This document shows, in pieces, positions 53,811 to 64,000 of a stretch of DNA of 64,000 bases; position 1 is the first letter of the stretch; each line of letters opens with the position of its first letter. This DNA is from Nitrospirota bacterium (lineage in GTDB: Bacteria > Nitrospirota > UBA9217): contig CAVUHW010000031.1 of assembly GCA_963741205.1 (NCBI GenBank), positions 32,001 through 96,000 on the forward strand, in the 5' to 3' direction. The translations under genes were made by a program, and so were the position numbers. The notes beneath the pieces were generated by a model. The model was not told the origin of the DNA, searched no databases, and saw only the letters and a list, made by a program, of their open reading frames with translations.

Positions 53811-54534
53811 ATGCAGGCGCTTGAAGCGAAAAAGCTGGAGAAGAGCTACCGCGGCAGAAAGATCGTTCGCGGCGTCAGCTTGCAGGTCATGAATGGAGAA
53901 GTTGTCGGTCTCCTCGGTCCGAACGGGGCCGGTAAAACCACGACGTTCTACATGGTCGTCGGGCTGGTGAGGCCCGATCAGGGGAGGGTGCTCCTCGAAA
54001 GCACGGATATCACGAAGATGCCGATGTATCAGCGGGCGAAAAACGGCATCGGATACCTGCCCCAGGAACCGTCGGTCTTTAGAAAACTGACCGTAGCGGA
54101 GAACCTGATGGCCATTCTGGAGACCATGAATCTTTCATCGATCGAGCGGAAAGAACGCCGGGACAATTTGCTGGAAGAGCTGGGCATCGCGCATCTCGCC
54201 GACAGCAGGGCCTATACACTGTCGGGAGGAGAACGCCGACGGGTCGAGATCGCCCGGGCGCTCACCCTCTCCCCGAAATTCATCCTCCTCGACGAGCCCT
54301 TTGCCGGGATCGACCCCCTCGCAGTGCAGGACATCCAGGGGATCATATCGTTTCTCAAGAGCAAGGGGATCGGCATCCTGATCACCGACCACAATGTGCG
54401 GGAGACCCTCGCCATCACCGATCAGGGCCTATATTATCAGCGAAGGGGAGATCATCGAAGCGGGGACTTCAGCGGAAATCACCGCCAACCCGCGGGTCCG
54501 GCAATTTTACCTGGGTGAGGCGTTTCGGTTATAA
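53811..54534 (+). CDS. lptB: LPS export ABC ATPase (frameshift near 54425)
   Basis: [35 protein letters not shown]. Confidence 0.93.
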
Positions 54535-54623
54535 TTATCGTAAGAGCAGGAGAGATCGAAGACAGGAGACGAGTCGGAAGAGCGAAGGAAGCGTTCGTAT
54601 TCCCCGTCTCTGCATTGAGGACT

Positions 54624-56095
54624 ATGGAAGCGCGGCTTGAATTAAAACTTTCCCAGAAACTCATTATGACGCCGCAACTGCAGCAGGCGATCAAGCTGCT
54701 GCAGTTGTCGAGGCTTGAGCTGGTCCAGTCGGTCTCCCAGGAACTGGTTGAAAATCCGGTCCTCGAGGAACTGTCCGACGCCAGAGGCATCCGAGACATC
54801 CCCGGAGGGAGAGGACGCTCCCCTTCCGAGACCGCCCCTCAGGCGGATTCTGTTGCCGAGGCGCCGCCCGAGCAGGGTGACGCAGGAACTTAAGAGCGAT
54901 CTCGAACTCGGGCCCCAGTGGGACGAGTATTTGAACGAACTGGGAGACGGACGGGATTTCGGCTATGCGGAAGCGGATGATAAGGAGCTCCCGTCCTATG
55001 ACCAGACCCTGACACGGCTTCCGTCGCTCGCCGACCACCTGCTGTGGCAACTCCACCTGACGTCATCGGATTCCGACCTCGTGAAGGGCGGAGAGTGGAT
55101 CGTCGGCAACCTGGATGATGACGGCTATCTTCGCGCCTCGCTCGACGAGATCGCGCAGCAATCAGGAATCGGCGTCGCCGGTCATGGCCCAGGCGCTCGA
55201 ACTTATTCAGGGCTTCGACCCGATGGGGGTCGGAGCGCGCGACCTTCGCGAGTGCCTGCTTATCCAAGTGGGGCAGCTTGATATGCACGGCACGCTTGTC
55301 GAAAAGATCGTCAGGGACCATCTTCCCGACCTGGAAAAGAGAAAATATGCCAGTGTAGCAAAGGCCCTGAACGTTACTACTCAGGAGGTCATGGAGGCGT
55401 CGCAGATCATCATCCATGAGCTGGAACCCAAGCCGGGAAGACCGTACCTCTCCTCCGACACGAACTACGTTGTCCCCGACGTCTACGTCATGAAGATCGA
55501 GGACCGTTATATCATTCAGCTCAACGACGAGGGGCTTCCGCGGGTGCGCATCAACCCCTATTACCGGAAACTGCTGAGCAGCAAGGACAGCATCGATAAA
55601 GTCACGAAGGAATACGTCGAGGAGCGGCTCCGTTCGGCGCAGTGGCTCATCAAGGGGATGGAGCAGCGCAATAAGACGATCTACAAGGTCGCCGAGAGCA
55701 TCGTGAAGTTTCAGCGCGACTTTCTGGACCAGGGAATCACCCATCTGAAGCCGATGGTTCTTAAGGACGTGGCCGAGGACATTAGCATGCACGAGTCGAC
55801 GATCAGCCGCGTGACGACGAACAAGTACATGCACACGCCCCAGGGCATTTTCCCGATGAAATATTTTTTTACCACGGGTTTTTCGGTCGGGACGGGGGCC
55901 GAGATCTCTTCGCTGACCGTCAAGGACTCCATTCAAAAGATGATCAAGGAAGAGGACCTGTCGGCCCCCCTCAAGGACCAGCAGATTGTCGACACCCTCA
56001 AAGCGCGGGGAATCGATATAGCCCGGCGGACCGTGGCAAAATACCGCGAGGAGCTCAGGATTCCGCCGACGAGCGTGAGAAAAAGAACAGGGTAG
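54624..56095 (+). CDS. rpoN: RNA polymerase sigma-54 factor (frameshifts)
   Basis: [21 protein letters not shown], RpoN box ARRTVAKYR. Confidence 0.95.
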
Positions 56096-56236
56096 ACAAC
56101 AGTCAATCGCCAAGACACACCCTTTTCATTGTTGCGGGTTACGGGTTGCGGGTTAAATTCGTATCGCGCAAGACGCACTTTGCAACCCGATGTTCGCTTG
56201 TGGATTCGGAGATTTCTTACATCTAAGGAGGTCGTC

Positions 56237-56770
56237 ATGCAGGTCAACGTGATTGGCAGGAATATCGAGGTGACGGACGCGCTCAAGCAGTACGCCACGG
56301 AAAAATTCAGCAGGCTGGACAAGTATCTTCCGAAGGTCGTACATGCGGTCATTACGCTTGCGGTGGTAAAAAAAGTCCATCATATCGCCGAGGCGGTGAT
56401 CAAGTCGAACGGCGTTCTGATCCAGGCGTCGGAAGAAACCGGGGAGATGTATTCGGCCATCGATCTGCTCATCGAAAAGATTGAACGACGCGTCAGAAGG
56501 TACAAGGAAAAGCTGGTCGACCATAAACACCATGCCGTCAGGCCGGAGTCTCCCGCGGGAGCTCAAACGTCCCCCCCCGAAGAGCGCATCCCCCAGATCA
56601 TCAAGACCAAGCGGTTCGATCTCAAACCCATGCAGCCCGAAGAAGCCGTCATGCAGATGGAGCTTTTGGACAAGGACTTTTTCATTTTTTCCAACATCGG
56701 CAGCGGTCAGATCAATGTCATTTACAAGAGAAGAGACGGCAATGTCGGGCTCATAGAACCCGCCCGGTAA
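56237..56770 (+). CDS. hpf: Long ribosome hibernation promoting factor
   Basis: GRNIEVTDAL, MYSAID, KPM..EEA..QM C-terminal domain. Confidence 0.92.
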   Translation: MQVNVIGRNIEVTDALKQYATEKFSRLDKYLPKVVHAVITLAVVKKVHHIAEAVIKSNGVLIQASEETGEMYSAIDLLIEKIERRVRRYKEKLVDHKHHAVRPESPAGAQTSPPEERIPQIIKTKRFDLKPMQPEEAVMQMELLDKDFFIFSNIGSGQINVIYKRRDGNVGLIEPAR

Positions 56771-56786
56771 GGATGGACCTTTCGAG

Positions 56787-57279
56787 ATGGTCACGATTAG
56801 AGACCTGCTGCAGGACGACCTGATCATCGAGGAAATTGAGTCAACGGACAAGACGGGGGTGCTCCGCGAGTTCGCCCGGCTTTTGAAAGAACGGGGCCGG
56901 GTCGTAAATGAGGAGGAACTTCTGCGGGTCCTGACCGAGCGGGAAATGCTCGGCAGCACCGGAATCGGCGACGGCGTCGCAATCCCGCACGGCAAATTGA
57001 ACAGCATCCCCGAGATGATCGTCGCATTCGGCAGATCTCGAAGAGGAGTCGAGTATCAATCACTTGATGCGAAGCCGGTTTTTCTTTTTTTTCTGCTCGT
57101 GACGCCCGCTGACAAGCCCGGCGACCATCTGAAGACCCTGGCGCGCATTTCCCGGATATTGAAAAATCCCGGTCTGCGGGCGGACCTGAAGCAGGCTTCT
57201 CATCGACAGGATATCCAGAGGCTCATATATCGAAGAAGACAGCAAATATCCCCAGCCTCAGCCGCTGGCTCAAAAATGA
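56787..57279 (+). CDS. ptsN: PTS EIIA(Ntr)-type protein
   Basis: REMLGSTGIGDGVAIPH, HLKTLARIS. Confidence 0.88.
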
Positions 57280-58164
57280 AGGTTACGGTCAAGGAACTGA
57301 CGGCGTTCGCGAAAGTGCTTGCGGGCCGTCAAGGCCTGGGAAGGCGGATCGCGTCGGCGCAGGTCGTCGCTCCTGAGCTGAACGCGCTTGCCGCATGGAC
57401 CGGGCCCGGCGTCGTGCAGTGTTGCATATTCGTCCGGGGCAAATCGCCTTATCTGTGCTCGCTTCCTCCCGAGGACCTAGGCGCGCCGTGCGCGGCCTGA
57501 TGCGTCAAAAGCCGGCCTGTATCGTGGTCAGCGGAGGGACCGTTTGCAAGGAACTTCTCGACGGGGCGGAGTCTTCCGGAATTCCCGTCCTGAAGACGCG
57601 GGAACGTGCCTCGACTGACCCGGCTGCTGACGACGCGGCTGGCCTCCCAAATCAGCGTGCACGGCGTGCTGGTCCAGATATTCGGCCTCGGCACCCTCAT
57701 CATCGGCGAGAGCGCCGTCGGCAAGAGCGAGGCGGCCCTCGATCTCGTTCTTCGCGGTCATAAGCTGACCGCGGATGATATGGTCGTCCTCGAGAAGAAC
57801 GACGATGAAATCAACGGCAAAGCCGACCGAACTGGGAGAGAACCTGCTGCAGATCCGTGGGCTGGGGATCATCGACGTCCGGGCGCTCTACGGAGAATCG
57901 GCGACGGTGAATTCCTCCCGGGTCGGCCTCGTCGTCGAGCTGGAGGAATGGCAGAAAGGCCATCACTACAGTCTGGTCGGTCTGCGCGAACGGCGGTATC
58001 GTCTCCTCGGCGTCAATCTGCCTTATCTGAAATTGCCGGTCAAACCTGGCAGGAACATGGCCACGCTCATTGAAGTCGCGGCGAGGAACCAGATTCTGAA
58101 GAACCGGGGCGTCTACACGGCGCGGGAGCTGGACAAGCGGCTCCGGAAGAGACTTGCGGGATGA
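57276..58164 (+). CDS. hprK: HPr kinase/phosphorylase (frameshifts)
   Basis: VHGVLV, GESAVGKSE, GHKLTADD, IRGLGII, PVKPGRN. Confidence 0.85.
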
Positions 58165-58227
58165 ATCCCCGCTGCTATCATGCGGGGACAGGCTTTGGTG
58201 AGGAGCTTTGGAGAAAGGCATTGTTAG

Positions 58228-59092
58228 GTGAATCGGGCGCGCATCATCGTGGTGACGGGGCTTTCCGGATCCGGCAGGAGCGCCGCGCTGAAGGATTTCG
58301 AGGACATCGGGTATTACTGCGTCGATAACCTCCCCCTTGCGCTTCTTCCCGCCTTCCTTGAGTTTGCGGAGCGAACGGAAGAGGCGCTCGCGCTCGGCGA
58401 TCGGAATCGACATCAGGGAAAAGGGATTCACCGACCGCTTCCCCGCGCTGTACGGCGAGCTCAAGGCCCGCGGCTTCGGCATCGAACTCATTTTTCTGGA
58501 CTCCTCCGACCAGGCACTTGTGCGGCGGTTCAGTGAAACACGGAGGCCGCATCCGCTGGCACGGGGCGCGACCCCGCTGCTCGACGGCATCCGGAGAGAA
58601 CGGGAAGCCCTCGGCGAGGTCAAGAAGCTCGCCGACCGGATCATCGATACAACGGATTATACGGTCCATGATCTGCGCCAGGTCATCGAGCGCCACTATG
58701 CCGAGACAGACGCGGGCAGGCCCATGGTGATAACACTCGTCACCTTCGGTTACAAGTTCGGCATTCCCTACGACCTGGACCTGCTTTTCGATCTGCGCTT
58801 TCTGCCGAACCCTCATTTTGTCCCGGACCTACGCCCTCTGACAGGCGAAGACGCCAGGATCAGGGAATACATCATGGCCGGGCCCGATGCCGCTGAGTTT
58901 CTCGCCCGCCTCCTGGGGTTTCTCGACTATCTCCTGCCGCGGTACCGGCGCGAGGGGAAGAGTTACCTGACCGTCGGCTTCGGTTGCACGGGCGGGAGGC
59001 ACCGCTCGGTGGCCCTCGCCCTCCTGATCGCGGAACAACTCCGGGAAAAGGGATATGACGTGAACGTGAAACATCGGGACATCGGGGAATAA
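58228..59092 (+). CDS. rapZ: RNase adapter/P-loop protein RapZ (frameshift)
   Basis: [39 protein letters not shown]. Confidence 0.9.
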
Positions 59093-59180
59093 AGAAATTT
59101 TGGATTGCGGATTGAAAACCGTGGGGCGAACCAGATTTCAAATCCGCAATCGGCAATTCGAAATCCGCAATCCGAAATCA
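59093..59180. repeat. Inverted heptamer-periodic array (ATTGCGG/CCGCAAT)
   Basis: TTTTGGATTGCGGATT facing AATCCGCAATCGGCAATTCGAAATCCGCAATCCGAAAT. Confidence 0.75.
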
Positions 59181-59196
59181 AAAAGGAGATTCATGC

Positions 59197-59598
59197 ATGA
59201 TCGGACTCGTGGTGGTGTGTCATGAGGATATGGGCGCCGAACTGGTGAAGGCCGCGGAGATGATCGTCGGCAAGATCGAAGCCGTGGCGACGGTGAGCGT
59301 CAAGCAGGAGAGCGCGCCGGAAACTCTCAGGGACGAGATACAGTCCGCCATAAAAAAAGTCGACCGGAAAAAAGGCATCATGCTGTTGACGGACATGTTC
59401 GGCGGAACGCCGTCCAACATCGCCCTCGCCTTTCTCGGGGAGACCACGGAAGTGGTCACGGGCGTCAACCTGTCGATGCTCATCAAATTCGCGAATCACC
59501 GGGACGAGAAGCAACTGCCCGAACTGGCCAAACTCGTGCAGGAAGCGGCGCAGAAAAGCATCGTGATCGCCAGTCAGATACTGAAGGGGAAAAAATAA
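59197..59598 (+). CDS. Mannose-family PTS EIIA
   Basis: IGLVVVCH, TDMFGGTPSN, GVNLSML. Confidence 0.9.
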   Translation: MIGLVVVCHEDMGAELVKAAEMIVGKIEAVATVSVKQESAPETLRDEIQSAIKKVDRKKGIMLLTDMFGGTPSNIALAFLGETTEVVTGVNLSMLIKFANHRDEKQLPELAKLVQEAAQKSIVIASQILKGKK

Positions 59599-59605
59599 GA
59601 GCAGC

Positions 59606-60098
59606 ATGATCGTCCTTATCCGGATAGACGACCGCCTGATCCATGGTCAGCTCGTGGAAGGGCTGGGTGAATTATTTAAAGGCGAACTGCGTCCTGGTCG
59701 CCAATGACGCCGTCGCGTCGAACACCCTTCAGCGCTCCATCATGGAAATGTCGGCGCCGCAGGGGTTGAAGGTATTCATCGGCACCGTCGAGGAGGTCTG
59801 CGGCCGGTCTCGCGCGGCGGGTCAGGATGCCGAGCACGCCATCGTGGTATTTTCGAACCCTGTTGACGTCCTCCGCGCCCTGGATGCCGGGATGGAATGC
59901 CGGACTCTGAATATCGGCGGGATGCACTACGTGCCGGGAAAACGCAAGCTTATGGATGTCCTCGCAGTGAACGACGCGGACCTAGAAGCCCTGAGGGCGA
60001 TCTCGGACAGGGGAGTGAAGATCGATATCCAGGCCGTGCCGACACAACGGCCGATGCCGCTGGAAAAGATCCTGGAAGCCTGTGAGCTAAAAAAATAG
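59606..60098 (+). CDS. Mannose-family PTS EIIB (frameshift)
   Basis: RIDDRLIHGQ, LNIGGM. Confidence 0.85.
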
Positions 60099-60099
60099 C

Positions 60100-60200
60100 A
60101 GTTTGAAGTTCAAAGTTCAGAGTTAAAAGTTGAAACGTAAAGATGTACGTGAACTAAGTTCTCAGCACGCTGAACTCGGAACTTCGAAACTCTCAACTGA
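60100..60200. repeat. Inverted heptamer-periodic array (AGTT.../...AACT)
   Basis: AAGTTCAAAGTTCAGAGTTAAAAGTT facing AACTCGGAACTTCGAAACTCTCAACT. Confidence 0.7.
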
Positions 60201-60212
60201 CGTTGGTTTTCT

Positions 60213-60992
60213 ATGCCCGTTTTCGACACACATATGCTCCTTGCCGTCCTCGGCGTCGCCGTGATAGGCGGGATCATCGGACTCGACCGGACCGCCGCCG
60301 GACAGTTCATGATCTCTCAGCCCATTGTCGCGGCCCCTTTCACGGGGTGGGTCCTCGGGGACACGACCGCCGGGATGGTCATCGGAGCGGCGCTTGAATT
60401 GATCTGGGTGCTCGACATCCCCGTAGGCTCGTTTGTACCGGCGGACTCGACGATCGGCGCCATATCGGCCACGGCGGCCGCGGCCCTCGGAAGCCCCGGG
60501 GGCGCGCCGCTGCCGGTCATCGGTTTCAGCCTTCTTCTGACGACCGCGATGGTGCCGGTCACCATGAAGGCGGAAGATCTGGTCCGGTCATGGAACTCCG
60601 CCCTTTCCGACCGGGTTCTGGCCGTTCCGGGAGAGAGCAGGGGGCGGGCCCTGACCCGGGCACAGTCTGCCGGCCTTGCGTTTTTTTTTCTGAAATCGTT
60701 TGCGCTCTATGTTATTTTCATCCCGCTGGGGGTGGGGGCCCTCGTGATTTTCGGACATGTCCCCGACGCCATCCAGAGGGCGCTGTCCCTGTTCGTCAAA
60801 CTGCTCCCCGTGCTCGGGGTGGCGCTGGTCGTGCGCAAGCTGTCGGTGAAGGCCTTCGATCGGTTTTTTTTCATCGGCTTTGCGGCCGCCGCAATCTTCG
60901 GACTGGTAAACCGCCTGCCGGCGCTCACCGTGCTGATGCTCGTTGCGACCGCGGGGTGGCTGGGTGCGAGATACCATGAACGACAGCCGTAA
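60213..60992 (+). CDS. Mannose-family PTS EIIC
   Basis: LDRTA.GQFMISQPIV, GAALELIW, multiple TM segments. Confidence 0.82.
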   Translation: MPVFDTHMLLAVLGVAVIGGIIGLDRTAAGQFMISQPIVAAPFTGWVLGDTTAGMVIGAALELIWVLDIPVGSFVPADSTIGAISATAAAALGSPGGAPLPVIGFSLLLTTAMVPVTMKAEDLVRSWNSALSDRVLAVPGESRGRALTRAQSAGLAFFFLKSFALYVIFIPLGVGALVIFGHVPDAIQRALSLFVKLLPVLGVALVVRKLSVKAFDRFFFIGFAAAAIFGLVNRLPALTVLMLVATAGWLGARYHERQP

Positions 60993-61756
60993 GATCATAG
61001 GAATTTTCGACCTGTTCGCCGTCTTCCGGCGGGCCTTGCTGATCCAGGCGTCGTGGAGTTTCGACAAGATGCAGACCCTCGGGTTTGCCTACGCCATGGA
61101 ACCGGCGCTTAGGAAACTCTATCCGGAGCAGGCCGAATATGAAGAGCGCCTGAAGGCGCACCTTGAATATTTCAACACACAGCCGTATTTCGCCTCGTTC
61201 ATCATCGGCGCGTCAGTGCGGCTGGAAGAGGAGCGGGCAACGGGCAGGAACACCGCGCCGGACGTGTCCGGTCTCAAGGCGGCGCTCATGGCGCCGCTCG
61301 GCGCCCTCGGTGACAGCTTATTCTGGGGGGCGCTCAAGCCGCTGGCGGCGGCGACGGCGGCGGCCGCGCTCATGACCGGGTCCTGGTGGGCGCCGTTCCT
61401 CTTCCTTGCGATCTTCAACCTCTGGCATCTCAGGCCTCAGGATGGGGATGCTGTTCTGGGGCTATGCAAGCGGTGGGGACGCCGTTGCGCTCATGGGGAA
61501 ATACCACTTTACGAAAATGGCGAAGCGTTTTAAACTGATGTCGTTGTGCATCCTCGGCGGCATTCTCGGCATGATGCCCTTCTGGCGGCCGGAGTTCAAA
61601 CCCTCGTTTCGCGCCCCCGGTTTTGTGATGTCGCTGTCGGCGATGGTTCTCACGCTCGGTTTGATCGCAATCATGAGGAGAAGCGGGTCGCCGGTTAAAC
61701 TCATGCTGGCGTTGGCCGCCCTCTGTATCGCCCTCGCGTATGCGGGCGTGGTGTAA
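60976..61756 (+). CDS. Mannose-family PTS EIID (frameshift)
   Basis: QASWSF.KMQ..GF, FNTQP, LMAPLGALGDSLFW. Confidence 0.85.
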
Positions 61757-61796
61757 TGCATCGTCCCTGATCCGGTTTTGAGAAAGGCGTTTTCAG

Positions 61797-62067
61797 ATGA
61801 AGGAAAAAGATCTCGTAATCGAAAACAAGCTCGGCCTCCATGCGCGGGCGGCGGCGCAGATCGTGAGGACCGCCAGCGCGTATACTTCCAAGCGTCATTC
61901 TCGCGAAGGACGGCATGGAAGTCGACGGCAAGAGCATCATGGGAATCATGATGCTTGCGGCGGCAAAGGGGAGCAGCGTCACCGTCCAGGCGCAGGGGGA
62001 CGATGAAGGACAGGCGCTCGCGGGGCTCGAACAACTCTTCAAGGACAAGTTCGGGGAAAAGGAATAG
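61797..62067 (+). CDS. ptsH: Phosphocarrier HPr (frameshift)
   Basis: NKLGLHARAAA, DGKSIMG. Confidence 0.92.
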
Positions 62068-62119
62068 TTCAGAGTACAAGGAACGGAGTAAGGAGTTAGG
62101 GGTTAATCGGGAAATAATT

Positions 62120-63876
62120 ATGCACGAGAAAATCTACAGGGGAATCGTCGCGTCGCCGGGCATCGTGATCGGAAGGGCGTATCTTCTCGACCGGCGCAAG
62201 GTGGTCGTCGCGGGCAAGCGGATCGAGGACGTCAGCGTCAAGGACGAGGTCGCCCGGTTTAAAAAGGCGGTGGAGGTTTCCAAGGTCCAGCTTGAGGACC
62301 TGAAGAAGCGGATCAGCAAGGGCCTCGGAAAGTCCCACCTCTATATCCTCGAGACGCACATCATGCTGCTCGAAGACAAGATGCTCGTCGACGGCACGAT
62401 CAAGCGGATCAAGGAATCGCTCCTGAACGCCGAGGGCGCGCTCAAGGAAACCATTGCCGCGATCGAGACTCAAGTTCGACAGCATCGAGGATGAATACCT
62501 CCGCGATCGAAAGCAAGATGTGGAACAGGTGGGCGAGCGCGTGCTCCGGAACCTGGTCGGCCACAAACAGGAGAGCCTGGCGGACATCAAGGAAGAGGCC
62601 ATCATCATTGCGCACGACCTGGCCCCCACCGACACCCTGATGATGCGGAAGGACAAGATCCTCGGGTTTGCCACCGACGCCGGCAGCCGGACCTCCCATA
62701 CGGCCATCCTGGCGCGCTCGCTCGGACTCCCCGCCGCGGTGGGTCTCGAAAATATCACGGCGTCCGTCAAGACCGGCGATGTCGTGATCCTGGACGGCAT
62801 CCACGGAGTGGTGATCGTCGATCCCGACGAGGAGACGTTCCTCGACTATCTCAAGAAGCAGCGAAAGTACAAGTATTTCGAACAGGAGCTCGAAAAGCTT
62901 AAGACGCTTCCGGCCGAGACCCTGGACGGCCACGTCGTGTATCTGCAGGGAAACATCGAGCTGCCTGAGGAAGCGACTTCCGCGATGGAGCACGGCGGGA
63001 CCGGTATCGGCCTCTACCGCACGGAGTTCCTGTTCCTGAACCGGCAGACCCTGCCCACGGAGGAGGAGCACTACAGGGCCTATCGACATGTGGCGGAGCG
63101 GGCGGCGCCGCACGAAGTGGTCATCCGGACCCTGGACGTGGGAGGGGACAAGATCGACACAGCCGTAGGGTTCGAGAAAGAGGCCAACCCCGCGCTTGGA
63201 CTGCGGGCGATCAGGTTCTGTCTACGAAAGAGGGATATTTTCCGCACCCAGCTTCGCGGCATCCTCAGGGCCTCGGTCCACGGCAACATCAAAATCCTGA
63301 TCCCGATGATCTCCGGGCTGACGGAACTGTACGAGACGAAGAAGATCCTCGAAGAGGTGAAGGTCGAACTCCGTGCCGAGGGCCTTCCTTTCAACGAGGC
63401 CGCGCCGGTCGGCGTGATGATCGAGATCCCGTCGGCGGCCTTGATAGCCGACCTGCTCGCCCGGGAAGTCGATTTCTTCAGCGTCGGGACCAACGATCTC
63501 ATCCAGTACACGCTCGCCATCGACCGGCTGAACGAACATGTCGCGTACATGTACGAACCGCTCGATCCCGCGGTGCTGCGCCTGCTCCAGCGCGTCTCCG
63601 AAGCGGCCCACCACGAGCAAGATCCCGCTTGCCATGTGCGGCGAGATGGCCGGAGACCCGCTCTATGCGGCGATTCTCCTGGGCATGGGGTTCCAGTACC
63701 TCAGCATGAACGTGGCATCGATCCCCTGGATCAAAAAAGTCGTCCGGTCGGTCCGGATGCAGGACGCAGTCGAGCTGGCTTCGCTCGTCATGCTGCAGCC
63801 GACGGCCGCGCTGGCCAGGAAAACTGCCGAGAATTTCATGGAAGAACGGTTCCCGGACCTGATGGCGGAGATGTGA
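62120..63876 (+). CDS. ptsI: PTS enzyme I (frameshifts)
   Basis: [42 protein letters not shown]. Confidence 0.93.
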
Positions 63877-64000
63877 AACAAGTTGGGTAACTGAACGGAC
63901 AGGTTACGGAACCACGGAGTCTCGCGCGGACGCGAGACACACAGAGGGAGGCTGATGCGGAACGGGCTTTCCCCCTCCGGAGAACCCATTCAGGATTTAG

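Noticed and set aside
1679-63876. Many split genes (fabF, plsX, rpoN, lptB, ptsI, yebC and others) read as pseudogenes or programmed frameshifts
   Set aside because: Single-base indels hit essential genes at random, I noticed no in-frame nonsense decay, and no shared slippery motif; best explained by long-read consensus errors

Overview
GC-rich bacterial chromosomal window, mostly housekeeping genes. Gene content and order suggest an anaerobic Nitrospirota- or Desulfobacterota-like organism (inference only). About half the genes, including essential ones, are split by single-base frameshifts, which points to unpolished long-read assembly errors rather than real pseudogenes. Main blocks: c-type cytochromes; an AhpD-like gene plus ArsS-type radical SAM, the latter probably a selenoprotein (in-frame UGA at a Cys position followed by a SECIS-like hairpin); glk/HAD/GH15; a Pat-type acetyltransferase; a long yceD-rpmF-plsX-fabH-[acd-etfB-etfA(Fd)]-fabD-fabG-acpP-fabF-rnc operon; an IS200/IS605-family TnpB-only element inserted in the last sense codon of bioA; degP, PIN/TRAM, yebC-ruvCAB, queH, spoIID; an ECF metal transporter; and lptCAB-rpoN-hpf-ptsN-hprK-rapZ-mannose-type PTS-ptsH-ptsI. 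Top candidate for an undescribed system: an acyl-CoA dehydrogenase/EtfAB-ferredoxin module inside a fatty-acid synthesis operon that has no fabI/K/L/V, possibly an electron-bifurcating enoyl-ACP reductase. Many gene junctions also carry heptamer-periodic hairpins and nested miniature palindromic elements.
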